Of a stretch of DNA of 64,000 bases, positions 19,675-29,763 are shown in pieces. Positions within the stretch are counted from its first letter, which is position 1. The number at the start of each line of letters is the position of its first letter. A program made the translations under genes and the position numbers. The DNA is from Alphaproteobacteria bacterium (GTDB lineage: Bacteria; Pseudomonadota; Alphaproteobacteria; JAAXGF01), in NCBI GenBank assembly GCA_963555825.3, contig CAUVXB020000001.1, forward strand, positions 2,240,001-2,304,000, written 5' to 3'. A model generated the notes under the pieces. It was not told the DNA's origin and did not search any database. It saw only the letters and a program-made list of their open reading frames with translations.

Positions 19675-21365
19675 GTCGCCTCCTCTTTGTCCGCGTCGCC
19701 GGGCGGCGTCGCGCGCGGCCTGACGTCGGTTACCTTGGCGTCGGGGAACGTGTCGAGCACCGCCTTGACCAGCGGGTGTTGCTCGGCCTCGGCGATCGCC
19801 TCGCCGAGAGCTTGCGCCGCCTGCTCGCCGAGTGTCGGCGCGCCGTCGTCGCTCGACACCACGGCGACCCAGCGTTGGCCGGTCCAATTGGTCAGCTTCT
19901 CGCCCAGCGCGTTTGCCAACTTCGACGGCGCCTCGGGGGTCGGGTGGAACTCGATACGGCCGGTCTCGAAGCGCACCAGCCGGACGTGGTTTCGCAGATG
20001 GGTCGCAAGCACCATCTCAGCCTTCGCCTCGGCGAGCGCGATGACGTCGGCCAGGCTGGTCGGCTGCGGCGGACCGTCGGGCACCGGGGCCGGCGCGACC
20101 TCGACCAGCTCGGCGGGCGCCGTGGCGGCCATGCCGCGGTGTGCGCCGTCATCGGAGGAACGGGATGCGGCGGCTGGCGGCGGTGCCGGCGCCGCGCCAC
20201 CCTTGGTGAGCGCCTTGACCAGCTCGGCCGGCGCCGGCAGCTCGGCGACATAGGCGAGCCGCACCATGACCATCTCGACCGCGGACAGCGGATTGGGCGC
20301 GACGCGCGCCTCGCCGAGGCCCTTCATGAGCATCTGCCAGCAGCGCGCCAGCACGGGCATCGAGAGACGCCCGGCGAGGTCGGTGCCGCGTTTCCGCTCG
20401 GCCTCGGGCACGTTGATCGCGCCCGCCGCGTCGGGCACCACCTTGACCCGCGTCAGCCAGTGGGTCAGCTCCAAGAGGTCCTGGAGCACGACCAGCGGGT
20501 CGACGCCGGCGGCGTACTGGCGCGCCAGCGCGTCGAGCGCGCTCTTGATCTCGCCCGCCATCAGCGCCTCGAACAGGTCGAACACCTGGATGCGATCGGC
20601 GAGGCCGAGCATGTCCGAGACCTGCTGCTCGTCGATCGTCGCGCCGGCATGGGCAATCGCCTGGTCGAGGATCGACAGCGCGTCGCGCACCGAGCCGTCG
20701 GCCGCGCGTGCGATCAGCGCGAGCGCCGCGGGCTCCGCCGTCACCGCCTCCTTGGCCAGAATTTCCTCGAGATGGCCGACCAGCAGCGCGGCGTCGATGC
20801 GCCGTAAATCGAAGCGCTGACAGCGCGACACCACGGTGACCGGCACCTTGCGCGTCTCGGTCGTGGCGAAGATGAACTTGACGTGCGGCGGCGGCTCCTC
20901 GAGCGTCTTCAACAGCGCGTTGAAGGCGTTGCGCGACAACATGTGCACTTCGTCGACGATGTAGATCTTGTAGCGCGCCGAGACCGGCCGGTAGCGCACG
21001 CCCTCGATCAGCTCGCGGATGTCGTCGACGCCGGTGCGGCTGGCGGCGTCCATCTCGAGCACGTCGACGTGACGGTCCTCGGCGATCGCCACGCAGTGCT
21101 CGCATGCGCCGCAGGGCGTGATCGTCGGGCCACCCGCGCCGTCGGCGCCGATGCAGTTGAGCGCGCGCGCGAGGATGCGCGCCGTCGTCGTCTTGCCGAC
21201 GCCGCGCACGCCGGTCAACAGATAGGCATGCGCCAGGCGCCCGCCCTCGATCGCGTTCGAGAGCGTGCGCACCAGCGCGTCCTGGCCGATCAATTCGGCG
21301 AAGATGGCAGGGCGATATTTGCGGGCGAGGACCCGGTAGGAACGATCGCTCGTTTCGGTGCTCAT
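19671..21365 (-). CDS. dnaX: DNA polymerase III gamma/tau
   Basis: [31 protein letters not shown]; start at MSTETS. Confidence 0.96.
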   Translation of the reverse strand: MSTETSDRSYRVLARKYRPAIFAELIGQDALVRTLSNAIEGGRLAHAYLLTGVRGVGKTTTARILARALNCIGADGAGGPTITPCGACEHCVAIAEDRHVDVLEMDAASRTGVDDIRELIEGVRYRPVSARYKIYIVDEVHMLSRNAFNALLKTLEEPPPHVKFIFATTETRKVPVTVVSRCQRFDLRRIDAALLVGHLEEILAKEAVTAEPAALALIARAADGSVRDALSILDQAIAHAGATIDEQQVSDMLGLADRIQVFDLFEALMAGEIKSALDALARQYAAGVDPLVVLQDLLELTHWLTRVKVVPDAAGAINVPEAERKRGTDLAGRLSMPVLARCWQMLMKGLGEARVAPNPLSAVEMVMVRLAYVAELPAPAELVKALTKGGAAPAPPPAAASRSSDDGAHRGMAATAPAELVEVAPAPVPDGPPQPTSLADVIALAEAKAEMVLATHLRNHVRLVRFETGRIEFHPTPEAPSKLANALGEKLTNWTGQRWVAVVSSDDGAPTLGEQAAQALGEAIAEAEQHPLVKAVLDTFPDAKVTDVRPRATPPGDADKEEAT

Positions 21366-21409
21366 TCGGCTTGTCTGGCCCCGATACCTTTTAAGGTGGA
21401 TGAGCGACG

Positions 21410-21510
21410 GGTGGGAGACTGAACGCCGACCCGGGCCGGTCTCGTTACGGCTGCTTCCTTCCGGACCTGACCGGGTTGGCGAGTGGCCCGTCCGTCGCCA
21501 GCCTCCCACC
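21410..21510 (-). ncRNA. ffs: Signal recognition particle (4.5S) RNA
   Basis: Minus strand contains TCAGGTCCGGAAGGAAGCAGC within a long hairpin with complementary ends GGTGGGAG/CTCCCACC; TATAGT -10 at 21518-21513; upstream of dnaX. Confidence 0.95.
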
Positions 21511-21560
21511 GCACTATAGCAGGAAGGCATGGCCGCGAAACAAGACTTAGGGCATTGTCC

Positions 21561-21710
21561 GGTCAGCTTTACGACGTAAAGCTGACCTGCGCTCAATCGC
21601 CGCGCATGCTTCCGCCGAACGGTCGGCGGCCCCCCCCCCCCCCCCCCCCCCCTCTTGTCCCACTAAGGTTGGCGCGGGCTGGCATGATACGACCGATACA
21701 GATCGATCGG
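21561..21710. repeat. Modular hairpin repeat family, copy B (with C23 tract)
   Basis: GGTCAGCTTTAC-GAC-GTAAAGCTGACC TGCGCTCAATCGCCGCGCATGC..GCCGAACGGTCGGCGGCCC..TCTTGTCCCACTAAGGTTGGCGCGGGCTGGCAT. Confidence 0.8.
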
Positions 21711-21785
21711 CTCGTGCTTTGGCACCGTTCCGGGCCGACTTTTCGGTGGCTTGTCAGTGCCCGGCGGCTGTGCAAGGCTCCGGCC

Positions 21786-22703
21786 ATGGCACGCATCAAC
21801 GTCTATGCTGGCGGGACGCTCGACCGCCTCTCGGGCCATCGCGGCGACGCGGCCTGGATCGCCGCCCGGCGCGCCGATCCGGCGAGCCGCTACGTCGTCG
21901 TCTGGCGCAGTCGCTGCCTGGTAAGTGACGGCGAGCCGCCGCATATCGCGCTGTTGGACCACGCGACGATCCAGCCGGTCGTCGAAGATGCGGTGGAGGT
22001 CGCGCTGCTCGGCGTCGACGGCGGTGCCGCCTATTTCGCGGTCGGCCTGCCGGCGTCGACCGACGACCCGACCGAGGGCCCGCTCGCCGGGCTCGGCGCG
22101 TTCGAGGATCTGCGCGCGGTCGGCGGCCGCCTGACCGCGTCCGAGGCGGCCATGCTGGCGCTCTCGCGCGGCATCATGTACTGGCACGAGCGCCATCTGT
22201 TTTGCGGCGTCTGCGGCAGCCCGACCGCGAGCCGCGACGCCGGCTTCATCCGGTTGTGCGCCAACGACGCCTGCAACGCGCAGCATTTCCCGCGCACCGA
22301 CCCGGCCGTGATCATGGCGGTGAGCGACGGCGACTACTGCCTGCTGGGCCGCGGCCGCGACTGGCCGAAGGGCCAGTATTCGACGCTCGCCGGCTTCGCC
22401 GAACCGGGCGAGAGCCTCGAGGAGGCGGTCGCCCGCGAGGTCGTCGAGGAATCGGGAATCGTGGTGCGCAACGTGCGCTATCATTCGTCGCAGCCGTGGC
22501 CGTTCCCCGGCTCGATCATGCTCGGCTTCCACGCCGAAGCGGCGACCACCGAGGTGACGGTCAACCACGACGAACTCGAGGACGCCCGCTGGTTCCACCG
22601 CGACGAGTTGTTGAACCCGCGCGACGGCTTCCGCCTGCCGCGCACCGAATCGATCGCCCGGCGCCTGGTCGAGGACTGGCTCTCGGGCGCGATCGACGGA
22701 TAG
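21786..22703 (+). CDS. nudC: NAD(H) diphosphatase
   Basis: FCGVCG..C..C zinc finger, FPRTDPAVI, Nudix box GFAEPGESLEEAVAREVVEESG, SQPWPFPGS. Confidence 0.95.
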   Translation: MARINVYAGGTLDRLSGHRGDAAWIAARRADPASRYVVVWRSRCLVSDGEPPHIALLDHATIQPVVEDAVEVALLGVDGGAAYFAVGLPASTDDPTEGPLAGLGAFEDLRAVGGRLTASEAAMLALSRGIMYWHERHLFCGVCGSPTASRDAGFIRLCANDACNAQHFPRTDPAVIMAVSDGDYCLLGRGRDWPKGQYSTLAGFAEPGESLEEAVAREVVEESGIVVRNVRYHSSQPWPFPGSIMLGFHAEAATTEVTVNHDELEDARWFHRDELLNPRDGFRLPRTESIARRLVEDWLSGAIDG

Positions 22704-22723
22704 GACAACAGACCTATAATAAT

Positions 22724-22896
22724 GGGGTCAGACACTTTTATTATGGTTTATTTATAGATAGATAAATGGTGTCTGACCCCACTAGGCTTGAGTATCAAAA
22801 TTGATTTAAACATATTGCAAATTTATACGGGGTCAGACACCATTATTATTCATTGACTATAAATAGTTAAAATAGAGTCTGACCCCGTATAAATTT
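22724..22896. repeat. REP-like doublets with AT-rich spacers
   Basis: GGGGTCAGAC at 22724 and 22829; inverted GTCTGACCCC at 22771 and 22877; 20-bp perfect IR 22819-22838/22877-22896. Confidence 0.85.
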
Positions 22897-22924
22897 GGCA
22901 TGTCGTTGGGCGGCGGGCGCTCGC

Positions 22925-24949
22925 CTAGTCGGCCGATACCTCGACCTCGACCGAGTGCACGCAGGTGCTTTCGCCCATGTCGGTCTTGATGCCCGGGTTG
23001 AGCGCGTTGACGTTGACGCCCGCGCCCTCGCGCTTGGGCCAGCGGCCCTTATGGCTGAGCGCCGCGCCGCGCGGCACGATGTCGCTGACCTCGAGCGTCA
23101 GCGCGAGAGAGCCGACGTCGTTCGACAGGCGCACCGCGTCGCCGGCGGCGAGGCCGCGCTCGGCGGCGTCGTCCGGGTGCAGCGCGACGGTCGCCGGGCC
23201 GAGCTGCTCGGCGATCTTCTCGTCGTTGGCGTAGGAATCGTTCATCTGCCAAGCGGAAGCGGGCGTCAGCAGCCGGAGCCGGCCGCCGGTCGGCCGGGCG
23301 TCGGCGCCCGATTGCGGCACGCGCGGCAGGCCGGCGGCCTCGGCGCGCGCGCTGGCGATCTCGATGCGTCCGCTCGGCGTCGGGAACGCCAAGTCGTCGA
23401 AGGCGATGAAGGGCTCGTCGAAGGCCGGCACCGTTCCCTTCTCCTTGAGCGCGGCGAAGCCGCCGTCGACGCCCATCGCCTCGACCAGCGTCGCGATGAT
23501 CGCCTCGTCCGTCTCGACCAGCTCGGGCTCGTCGAAGCCCATCGCCCGGGCCAGGCGGCGGAATATCTCCTGGTTCGGCAGCGCGCCGCCGATCGGCTCC
23601 TGGGCCTTGACCTGGGCCGCGACGACGAGGTTGAAGTAGGACGTCACGATGTCGTCGAACTCGAGGAAGCTCGCCGCCGGAAGCACGATATCGGCGAGAT
23701 CGGCGGTGTCGGTCGCAAACAGCTCGATGACGACCGAGAACAGGTCCTCGCGCGCCAGCGCGGCGCGCAACCGGCGCTGCTGCGGCCCCGACGCCGCGAC
23801 GTTCATGTTCCACGACAGGAAGGCGCGGCTCGCAGCGGCGTCTTCGAGGCGCTCGGCGAGGTCCATGTGGCTGATCGTCCGCGCGCCGCCCCGCCTGAGG
23901 TGGGGCGCCGCGAGATAGTCGCCGTCGAGCCCGCGATTGGCGGCGCCGTTGAGGTAATAGATGCCGGTGCCGGGCTTGCCGATATGGCCGGTCGCCGCGG
24001 GCAGCATGGCGCAGGCGCGAAACACGTTGCCGCCGCGCGGCTGGCGCTGCAGGCCCTGGCCGAGCCACAGCATCGACGGACCGGCGCCGTAGATGCGCGC
24101 GGCCTCGACGATCTTGGCGGCGGGCACGCCGGTCTCGGCCTCGCCCCACGCCGGGTCGCATCTGGCGATCTCCGGCGCGACCTCGTCCCAACCGATCACG
24201 TTGGCGGCGACGAAGGCGTCGTCGACCAAGCCGTCGCGCCGCATCACGTGCAGCAGCGCGAAGGCGAGCGCGGCGTCGCTGCCGGGGAACGGCCGCAGGT
24301 GCAGATCGGCGTCCTCGGCGGTCGGATGGCGCAGCGGATCGATGACGATGACCTTGCCGGGCGTCTCCTTGAGCCAGTGCTTGTGCTGATGCGGCGCCGA
24401 GGCCGACGGATTGGCGCCCCAGACGACGATGCAGGCGGTGTCCTTCGCCGTCCTTGGATCGAAGCCCACCGTCGAGGTACCCAGCACGTAGCGGAGCGCG
24501 ACATGGCCGGCGTTGTTGCAGATCGTGTCGGGGTCGACCTCGGTGGCGCCCAGGCGGTTAAAGAAGCGTTCGGGGAAGTTGCCAGCGATCAGCGAGCAGG
24601 TGCCCGTGTAGTGGGCGTGAATGATCGCCTCGGGACCGGATTCAGCGGCGATCGCGCCGAAACGCTCGGCGATCTCGCCGATTGCCGAGTCCCACGAGAT
24701 CGGCTCGAACTGGCCGCTGCCTTTGGGTCCGCTGCGGCGCAATGGCGTGGTCAACCGGGCCGCGGGGTCGCGGAACACGCCGTTGTAGGCGAGCGCGCAT
24801 TTGCCGCACAGCGCGCCGCGGCTGACCGGATGCTCGGGGTCACCGAGCACCTTGGTGATCTCGCCGCCGCGCTTGATGACGACGATACCGCAGGCGTCGT
24901 AGCAGTCGCGCGGACAGGTCGTGCGAACGTGTTCCCTCTTGCCGGGCAT
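22925..24949 (-). CDS. Molybdopterin oxidoreductase (DMSO reductase superfamily) with N-terminal 4Fe-4S site
   Basis: TCPRDCYDAC..LCGKC, WGANP, PGSDAAL, ADIVLPAA, C-terminal MGD-binding domain. Confidence 0.9.
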   Translation of the reverse strand: MPGKREHVRTTCPRDCYDACGIVVIKRGGEITKVLGDPEHPVSRGALCGKCALAYNGVFRDPAARLTTPLRRSGPKGSGQFEPISWDSAIGEIAERFGAIAAESGPEAIIHAHYTGTCSLIAGNFPERFFNRLGATEVDPDTICNNAGHVALRYVLGTSTVGFDPRTAKDTACIVVWGANPSASAPHQHKHWLKETPGKVIVIDPLRHPTAEDADLHLRPFPGSDAALAFALLHVMRRDGLVDDAFVAANVIGWDEVAPEIARCDPAWGEAETGVPAAKIVEAARIYGAGPSMLWLGQGLQRQPRGGNVFRACAMLPAATGHIGKPGTGIYYLNGAANRGLDGDYLAAPHLRRGGARTISHMDLAERLEDAAASRAFLSWNMNVAASGPQQRRLRAALAREDLFSVVIELFATDTADLADIVLPAASFLEFDDIVTSYFNLVVAAQVKAQEPIGGALPNQEIFRRLARAMGFDEPELVETDEAIIATLVEAMGVDGGFAALKEKGTVPAFDEPFIAFDDLAFPTPSGRIEIASARAEAAGLPRVPQSGADARPTGGRLRLLTPASAWQMNDSYANDEKIAEQLGPATVALHPDDAAERGLAAGDAVRLSNDVGSLALTLEVSDIVPRGAALSHKGRWPKREGAGVNVNALNPGIKTDMGESTCVHSVEVEVSAD

Positions 24950-25055
24950 GACGCCTTTACTCCCGATACTTTCGACTTGGTTCCAATCTAGCACCACGCT
25001 TCGCGTGCGCCCAGCCATGCTATGATCACGCGCGAATGACGAGGCGGACGACAGC

Positions 25056-25949
25056 GTGACCGGCGGCCCCCAGATCGCCCTGCTGCCCGACGGGCGCCGG
25101 CTGCATATGCAGCACGGCCCGATCGACCTGATCATCGAGGCCTTCGGCCCGGCCGACGAGGTGCGCGCCGCGTACGGCCAGGCCGAGGCCCGCTTCGTCG
25201 GGCTGCTCACGACGCTGGTCGGCGAGCTCGATCTGCTCCGTACGCCGATCGCCGAAATCACGACCGAGCCGGATGGCCCGGTGGCCAAGCGCATGGCCGC
25301 CGCCTGCCGGCCCCATGCCGACGTCTTCGTCACGCCGATGGCCGCCGTCGCCGGCGCCGTCGCCGACGACGTGCTGGCGGCGCTGATCGACGGCCGCACG
25401 CTGGCGCGCGCCTACGTCAACGACGGCGGCGACATCGCGCTCCACCTGACGCCCGGCGAGCGCTTCGACGCCGGCCTGGTCGGCGACCTCGCGCGCCCGG
25501 CGATCGACGGCGTCGCGACGATCGATGCGGCGCTACCGGTGCGCGGCATCGCGACCAGCGGGCGTGGCGGCCGCAGCCTGAGCCTGGGCATCGCCGAGAC
25601 GGTCACCGTGCTGGCGCGCGACGCGGCCGCGGCCGACGTCGCGGCAACGCTGATCGCGGGTGCCGTCGACGTCGACGACCCGGCGATCGAGCGCCTGCCC
25701 GCGAGCGATCTCGACGCCGACAGCGACCTCGGCGCGCGTCTCGTCACGGTCGCCGTCGGACCGCTCGGCGACGGCGCCGTCGGCGATGCGCTCGACGCCG
25801 GCGAAACCTACGCCGAGCGCCTGCGGCGTGCTGGACTCATCCATGGCGCCGTGCTGGTATTGGCCGGGCGCGATCGCGTCGTGGGCGATGTCATCCGGCG
25901 CCTCGCCGCGCCCGACGGGGACCGATCGAGAGGGCTGACGTGTCGCTGA
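25056..25949 (+). CDS. UPF0280 / ApbE-like protein
   Basis: RLHMQHGPIDL, TPMAAVAGAVAD, VNDGGDIA, GIATSG..GRSLSLGIA. Confidence 0.85.
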   Translation: MTGGPQIALLPDGRRLHMQHGPIDLIIEAFGPADEVRAAYGQAEARFVGLLTTLVGELDLLRTPIAEITTEPDGPVAKRMAAACRPHADVFVTPMAAVAGAVADDVLAALIDGRTLARAYVNDGGDIALHLTPGERFDAGLVGDLARPAIDGVATIDAALPVRGIATSGRGGRSLSLGIAETVTVLARDAAAADVAATLIAGAVDVDDPAIERLPASDLDADSDLGARLVTVAVGPLGDGAVGDALDAGETYAERLRRAGLIHGAVLVLAGRDRVVGDVIRRLAAPDGDRSRGLTCR

Positions 25950-26524
25950 TCCGGCTGCGCAAACAGGCGACCTTCGTCGAGGAAGTTTTCCACGAGGGCG
26001 GCCCGCCGCCTGTCGCCCCGCTCCTGCGCGGCGCGGTCTGCGCGGTGCTGCACAACCCCTATGCCGGGCGCTGGGAACCCGACATCGCGCCCATGATGGA
26101 GGCGCTCAAGCCGCTCGGGCTCGCCATGGCCAACGCGCTGATCGACGCGCTGGGCGGCGATCGGCGCCGCATCGAGGGCTATGGCAAGGGCGCCATCGTC
26201 GGCGCCGCGGGCGAGTTGGAGCACGGCGCGCTGTGGCACGTGCCGGGCGGCTATGCCATGCGCGAGGCGCTCGGCGGCGCCAAGGCGATCGTGCCGTCGA
26301 CCAAGAAGGTCGGCGGCCCCGGTACGCGGCTCGACGTGCCGGTCACGCATATCGACGCGTCCTACGTGCGCAGCCATTTCGACGCCTTCGAGGTCGGCCT
26401 GGCGGACGCACCCGCGGCCGACGAGATCGTCGTCGCCCTGGTCATGACGACAGGCGCGCGGATTTACGCCCGCGTCGGCGGTCTCGCGGCCGACGAGATC
26501 GCGGGCGAGGACGGCTTGCGCTAA
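25940..26524 (+). CDS. Amino acid synthesis family protein (DUF1185), paralog 1
   Basis: NPYAGR, YGKGAIVG..GELEH, YVRSHFD, EDGLR end. Confidence 0.88.
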   Translation: MSLIRLRKQATFVEEVFHEGGPPPVAPLLRGAVCAVLHNPYAGRWEPDIAPMMEALKPLGLAMANALIDALGGDRRRIEGYGKGAIVGAAGELEHGALWHVPGGYAMREALGGAKAIVPSTKKVGGPGTRLDVPVTHIDASYVRSHFDAFEVGLADAPAADEIVVALVMTTGARIYARVGGLAADEIAGEDGLR

Positions 26525-26555
26525 ACCGGACCAGCGAACGACACGGGAGGGAACC

Positions 26556-27143
26556 ATGGGCACCGCGAAAATCCGCAAGATCTGCACCGTCGTCGAGGAG
26601 ACGCAGACCGAGATGGGCCGCGCGATCGACCCGCCGACACGCAAGGCCGTCGCCGTCGCGGTCATCGAGAACCCGTTCGCCGGCCGCTACGTCGAGGACC
26701 TCGAAGAGCTGATGGCGATCGGCGCCGAGCTGGGCGATTTGCTGGGCCGCCGCGCGGTCGCGGCACTTGGCGTCGAACCGCCGGATATCGAGAGCTATGG
26801 CAAGGCGGCGATCGTCGGCGAGGGCGGCGAATGGGAGCACGCCGCCGCGATCCTCCACCCGCGCCTCGGCAAGCCGCTGCGCGACGCGGTCGAGCACGGC
26901 GCGGCGCTGGTCCCCTCGGCCAAGAAGATGGGCGGGCCGGGCACACCGATGGACGTACCGCTGGGCCACAAGGACGCGGCCTATGTGCGCAGCCACTTCG
27001 ACGCCATCGAGGTGCGCATTGCCGACGCGCCGCGCGCCGGCGAGATCGTCGTCGCCGTTGCGGTAGCCGATTCGGGCCGCCCGCTGCCGCGCGTCGGCGG
27101 GCTGACGACCGACGAGGCCAAGGGCGAGGACGGGCTGCGCTAG
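26556..27143 (+). CDS. Amino acid synthesis family protein (DUF1185), paralog 2
   Basis: NPFAGRY, SYGKAAIVG..GEWEH, YVRSHFD, EDGLR end. Confidence 0.88.
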   Translation: MGTAKIRKICTVVEETQTEMGRAIDPPTRKAVAVAVIENPFAGRYVEDLEELMAIGAELGDLLGRRAVAALGVEPPDIESYGKAAIVGEGGEWEHAAAILHPRLGKPLRDAVEHGAALVPSAKKMGGPGTPMDVPLGHKDAAYVRSHFDAIEVRIADAPRAGEIVVAVAVADSGRPLPRVGGLTTDEAKGEDGLR

Positions 27144-27193
27144 CCGATCCGCCGCCACACACATCCCCAAATAGCCACGCAAGGAGCCGTGCG

Positions 27194-28345
27194 ATGGCGC
27201 CGATCCGCCCCGCGATCAGCGAGATGGAAGACCAGAAGATTTCAGCCGTTTCGAACCTGGCGATCGGCGACCCCGACGTCATCCCGCTGTGGTTCGGCGA
27301 ATCGGACTTGGTAACGCCCTCGTTCATCCGCGACGCGGCCAAGGACGCGCTCGACGCCGGCCACACCTTCTATTTGCCGGTGCGCGGCCTGCCGGCGCTC
27401 CGCCAGGCGATCCGCGACTATGTCTCGGTGCTCCACGACATCGACCTCGACATCGAGCGCGTCACCATACCGGGCGCGGCGATGGAAGCCATCATGATCG
27501 CCACCGAATGCCTGATCGACAACGGCGACAACATGGTCATGGTCTCGCCGATCTGGCCCAACATCTTCTATACCGTCGACATCATGGGCGGCGAAGGCCG
27601 CCACGTCCGGCTCGACGACCGCGACGGCCGCTGGCAGCTCGACCTGGACAAATTGTTCGACGCCTGCGACGCGCGCACCAAGGCCATCTTCATCGCCTCG
27701 CCGGGCAACCCGACGGGCTGGGTGATGAGCCGCGAGGAGCAAGTGGCCGTGCTCGGCTTCTGCCGCGAGCGCGGCATCTGGATCATCGCCGACGAGGTCT
27801 ACAACCGGCTGGTCTACGACCGGGAGATCGCGCCGTCGTTCCTCGAGATCGCCGAGCCCGAGGACCCGGTGTTCGTCGTCAACAGCTTCTCGAAGTCCTG
27901 GGCGATGACCGGCTGGCGGATCGGCTGGATGGTCGCGCCGCCGAGCCTGGGCCACACCTTGGGCCAGTTGAGCTGCTTCAACAACACCGGCGCGACCAAC
28001 TTCGCCCAGCACGCCGCCGTCACCGCGATCACCCAGGGCGAGGCGTTCATCCGGGAGATGCGCGCCTACGCGCGCCGCGGCCGCGACTTCGTCTACCAGC
28101 GCGCCGCGGCGATCCCGCGGCTCGACCTCAACCTGCCCGAGGGCGCGATATACGCCTTCATGCGCGTCGACGGGCTCGACGACAGCCTCGCCTTCGCGCA
28201 AGCCCTGGTGCGCGAGGCGCGCGTCGGCCTGGCGCCTGGCGCGGCCTTCGGACCCGGCAACGAGGGTTATCTGCGGATGTGCTTCGCCTGCAAGGAAGCC
28301 TGGCTGTCGATCGCGATGGACCGCCTGGAAGCCGCCCTCGCCTAG
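27194..28345 (+). CDS. PLP-dependent aminotransferase class I/II
   Basis: LWFGESD, SPGNPTG, ADEVY, SFSKSWAMTGWRIGW. Confidence 0.92.
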   Translation: MAPIRPAISEMEDQKISAVSNLAIGDPDVIPLWFGESDLVTPSFIRDAAKDALDAGHTFYLPVRGLPALRQAIRDYVSVLHDIDLDIERVTIPGAAMEAIMIATECLIDNGDNMVMVSPIWPNIFYTVDIMGGEGRHVRLDDRDGRWQLDLDKLFDACDARTKAIFIASPGNPTGWVMSREEQVAVLGFCRERGIWIIADEVYNRLVYDREIAPSFLEIAEPEDPVFVVNSFSKSWAMTGWRIGWMVAPPSLGHTLGQLSCFNNTGATNFAQHAAVTAITQGEAFIREMRAYARRGRDFVYQRAAAIPRLDLNLPEGAIYAFMRVDGLDDSLAFAQALVREARVGLAPGAAFGPGNEGYLRMCFACKEAWLSIAMDRLEAALA

Positions 28346-28445
28346 GCGCCAGGCGGCGTTCGCCGGCCGCGGCCCGGAACGGCGACGACCTCTCATCGAC
28401 GCGACCACCAAAGGTCCCTGTCCTCACAACGGATCTTCCTCATAA

Positions 28446-28504
28446 CAGTGTCCGACACTATTTTAACAATTTGATAGACAATGCGATAAAGGAGTCTGAC
28501 ACCA
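28446..28504. repeat. Degenerate REP-like doublet related to 22724-22896
   Basis: GTGTCCGACAC..AT-rich spacer..GAGTCTGACACCA. Confidence 0.55.
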
Positions 28505-28549
28505 TTAAATTGAAATATTCACATTTCTGTGGTGGACGGGCCGGCGGCG

Positions 28550-29068
28550 TTATTCGTCCGTCGCCGCGTTGTCGATGCCGAAGGCATGGCGCAGCGCGAC
28601 GATGGCCGGGCCCGAGATAAAGTAGTGGCCCTTGAGATAGGTCTTGTTGGCCTCGTCCCACACCCAGTCGCGCGCGCGCCAGTTGAACAGCCAGGCGTCG
28701 CGCATGTCGGTGATGTTCTTGAGCCGTTGGGTGATCGTCGTGATCTCGCGGCCGAGCGCACCGTAGTCTTTGTGGCCGGTCGCTTCGTAGAGCGCCGCGA
28801 TGTCGGCGCGCCCGACCACACCGTCGGCGTCGTAGTCGGTGCAGAAAGCGCGCAACAGCTCGCGCGAGCGGCCGACCAGACCGCGGATCAGCCGGCGCGC
28901 CTCGTCGTCGTTCAAGGGGTACGAGGTGTTGCCCTCGGGATCCCAATCGAGGCCGTTGGCGCCCTCGGCCAGCCGATCCGCCTCATCGTGCACGAGGTCG
29001 AGAATCTCGCGCCGCGCCTCAGGGCTCAACTTGCGCAGCAGCGCCTCGTCGATGACGAAACTGACCAT
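28550..29068 (-). CDS. Hypothetical protein
   Basis: 172 aa from MVSFVID, GGAGG RBS, host-like codon usage. Confidence 0.7.
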   Translation of the reverse strand: MVSFVIDEALLRKLSPEARREILDLVHDEADRLAEGANGLDWDPEGNTSYPLNDDEARRLIRGLVGRSRELLRAFCTDYDADGVVGRADIAALYEATGHKDYGALGREITTITQRLKNITDMRDAWLFNWRARDWVWDEANKTYLKGHYFISGPAIVALRHAFGIDNAATDE

Positions 29069-29226
29069 GATCGCGCCTCCCCTTACCGATGCAACGCGCC
29101 GCCGACGCGCCGCTGTCGCCATCATAATACCTTTGCCGCGCCGAGACCATCGCGCGTCGGGCTTTCGCCGGAACGCCCGTGGTGTTACTCTGTCGGCGAC
29201 CATGACGATCCGGCGGGCCCAGGCGG

Positions 29227-29670
29227 ATGATCTCGAAAACTGACCAAAGCGGCACGCGCGCAACGGGCGGCGGGCCGTTTGCCTTCTTCAGCCGCAAGAA
29301 GCGCCCGAACACGGTGATCGCCGCCGACATGAAGATCGTCGGCGAGCTCGAAAGCGACGGCCACGTCCACATCGACGGCACCGTCGAGGGCGATATCTAC
29401 GCCAACTTCGTCACGGTCGGCGAGACCGCCCATGTCGAGGGCGTGATCGTCGCCGAGGAGGTCCAGATCGCCGGCTCGGTCGACGGGCGCATCGAAGCGC
29501 CGGTGGTGTTCATCGAGGCGACCGCGCGGGTCGTCGGCAGCGTCTTCCACACCGAGATCGAGATCGAGGAAGGCGCGCTGATCGAGGGCCGCCGGCCGTG
29601 GCGGCCCAAGGTCTACCTCGAGGAGCGCAGCGCCAACCGAGGCGTCGAGCAAGACGCCGGCGACGCATAG
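29227..29670 (+). CDS. Bactofilin (polymer-forming cytoskeletal protein) 1
   Basis: TVIAADMKIVGEL..GHVHIDGTVEG..VGE..V.G.I.A..V.I.G beta-helix pattern. Confidence 0.88.
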   Translation: MISKTDQSGTRATGGGPFAFFSRKKRPNTVIAADMKIVGELESDGHVHIDGTVEGDIYANFVTVGETAHVEGVIVAEEVQIAGSVDGRIEAPVVFIEATARVVGSVFHTEIEIEEGALIEGRRPWRPKVYLEERSANRGVEQDAGDA

Positions 29671-29763
29671 AACTTTTGAAATACCGCCCAAGGCGGTATG
29701 GTATGGGTAACGGCGCAGGCATTCGCGCCCCGGGTTTCAATCAAGTTGCGAGGGATGAGGGAC

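Noticed and set aside
19671-21365. dnaX programmed frameshift (gamma/tau)
   Set aside because: No A-AAA-AAG or poly-A slippery site was seen.
21366-21596. N-terminal extension of dnaX, and of nudC from 21483
   Set aside because: They overlap the SRP RNA and repeat copy B; the conserved domains start at 21365 and 21786.
22724-22896. CRISPR array
   Set aside because: Repeats are only 10-13 bp and alternate in orientation, and no cas genes are in the window.
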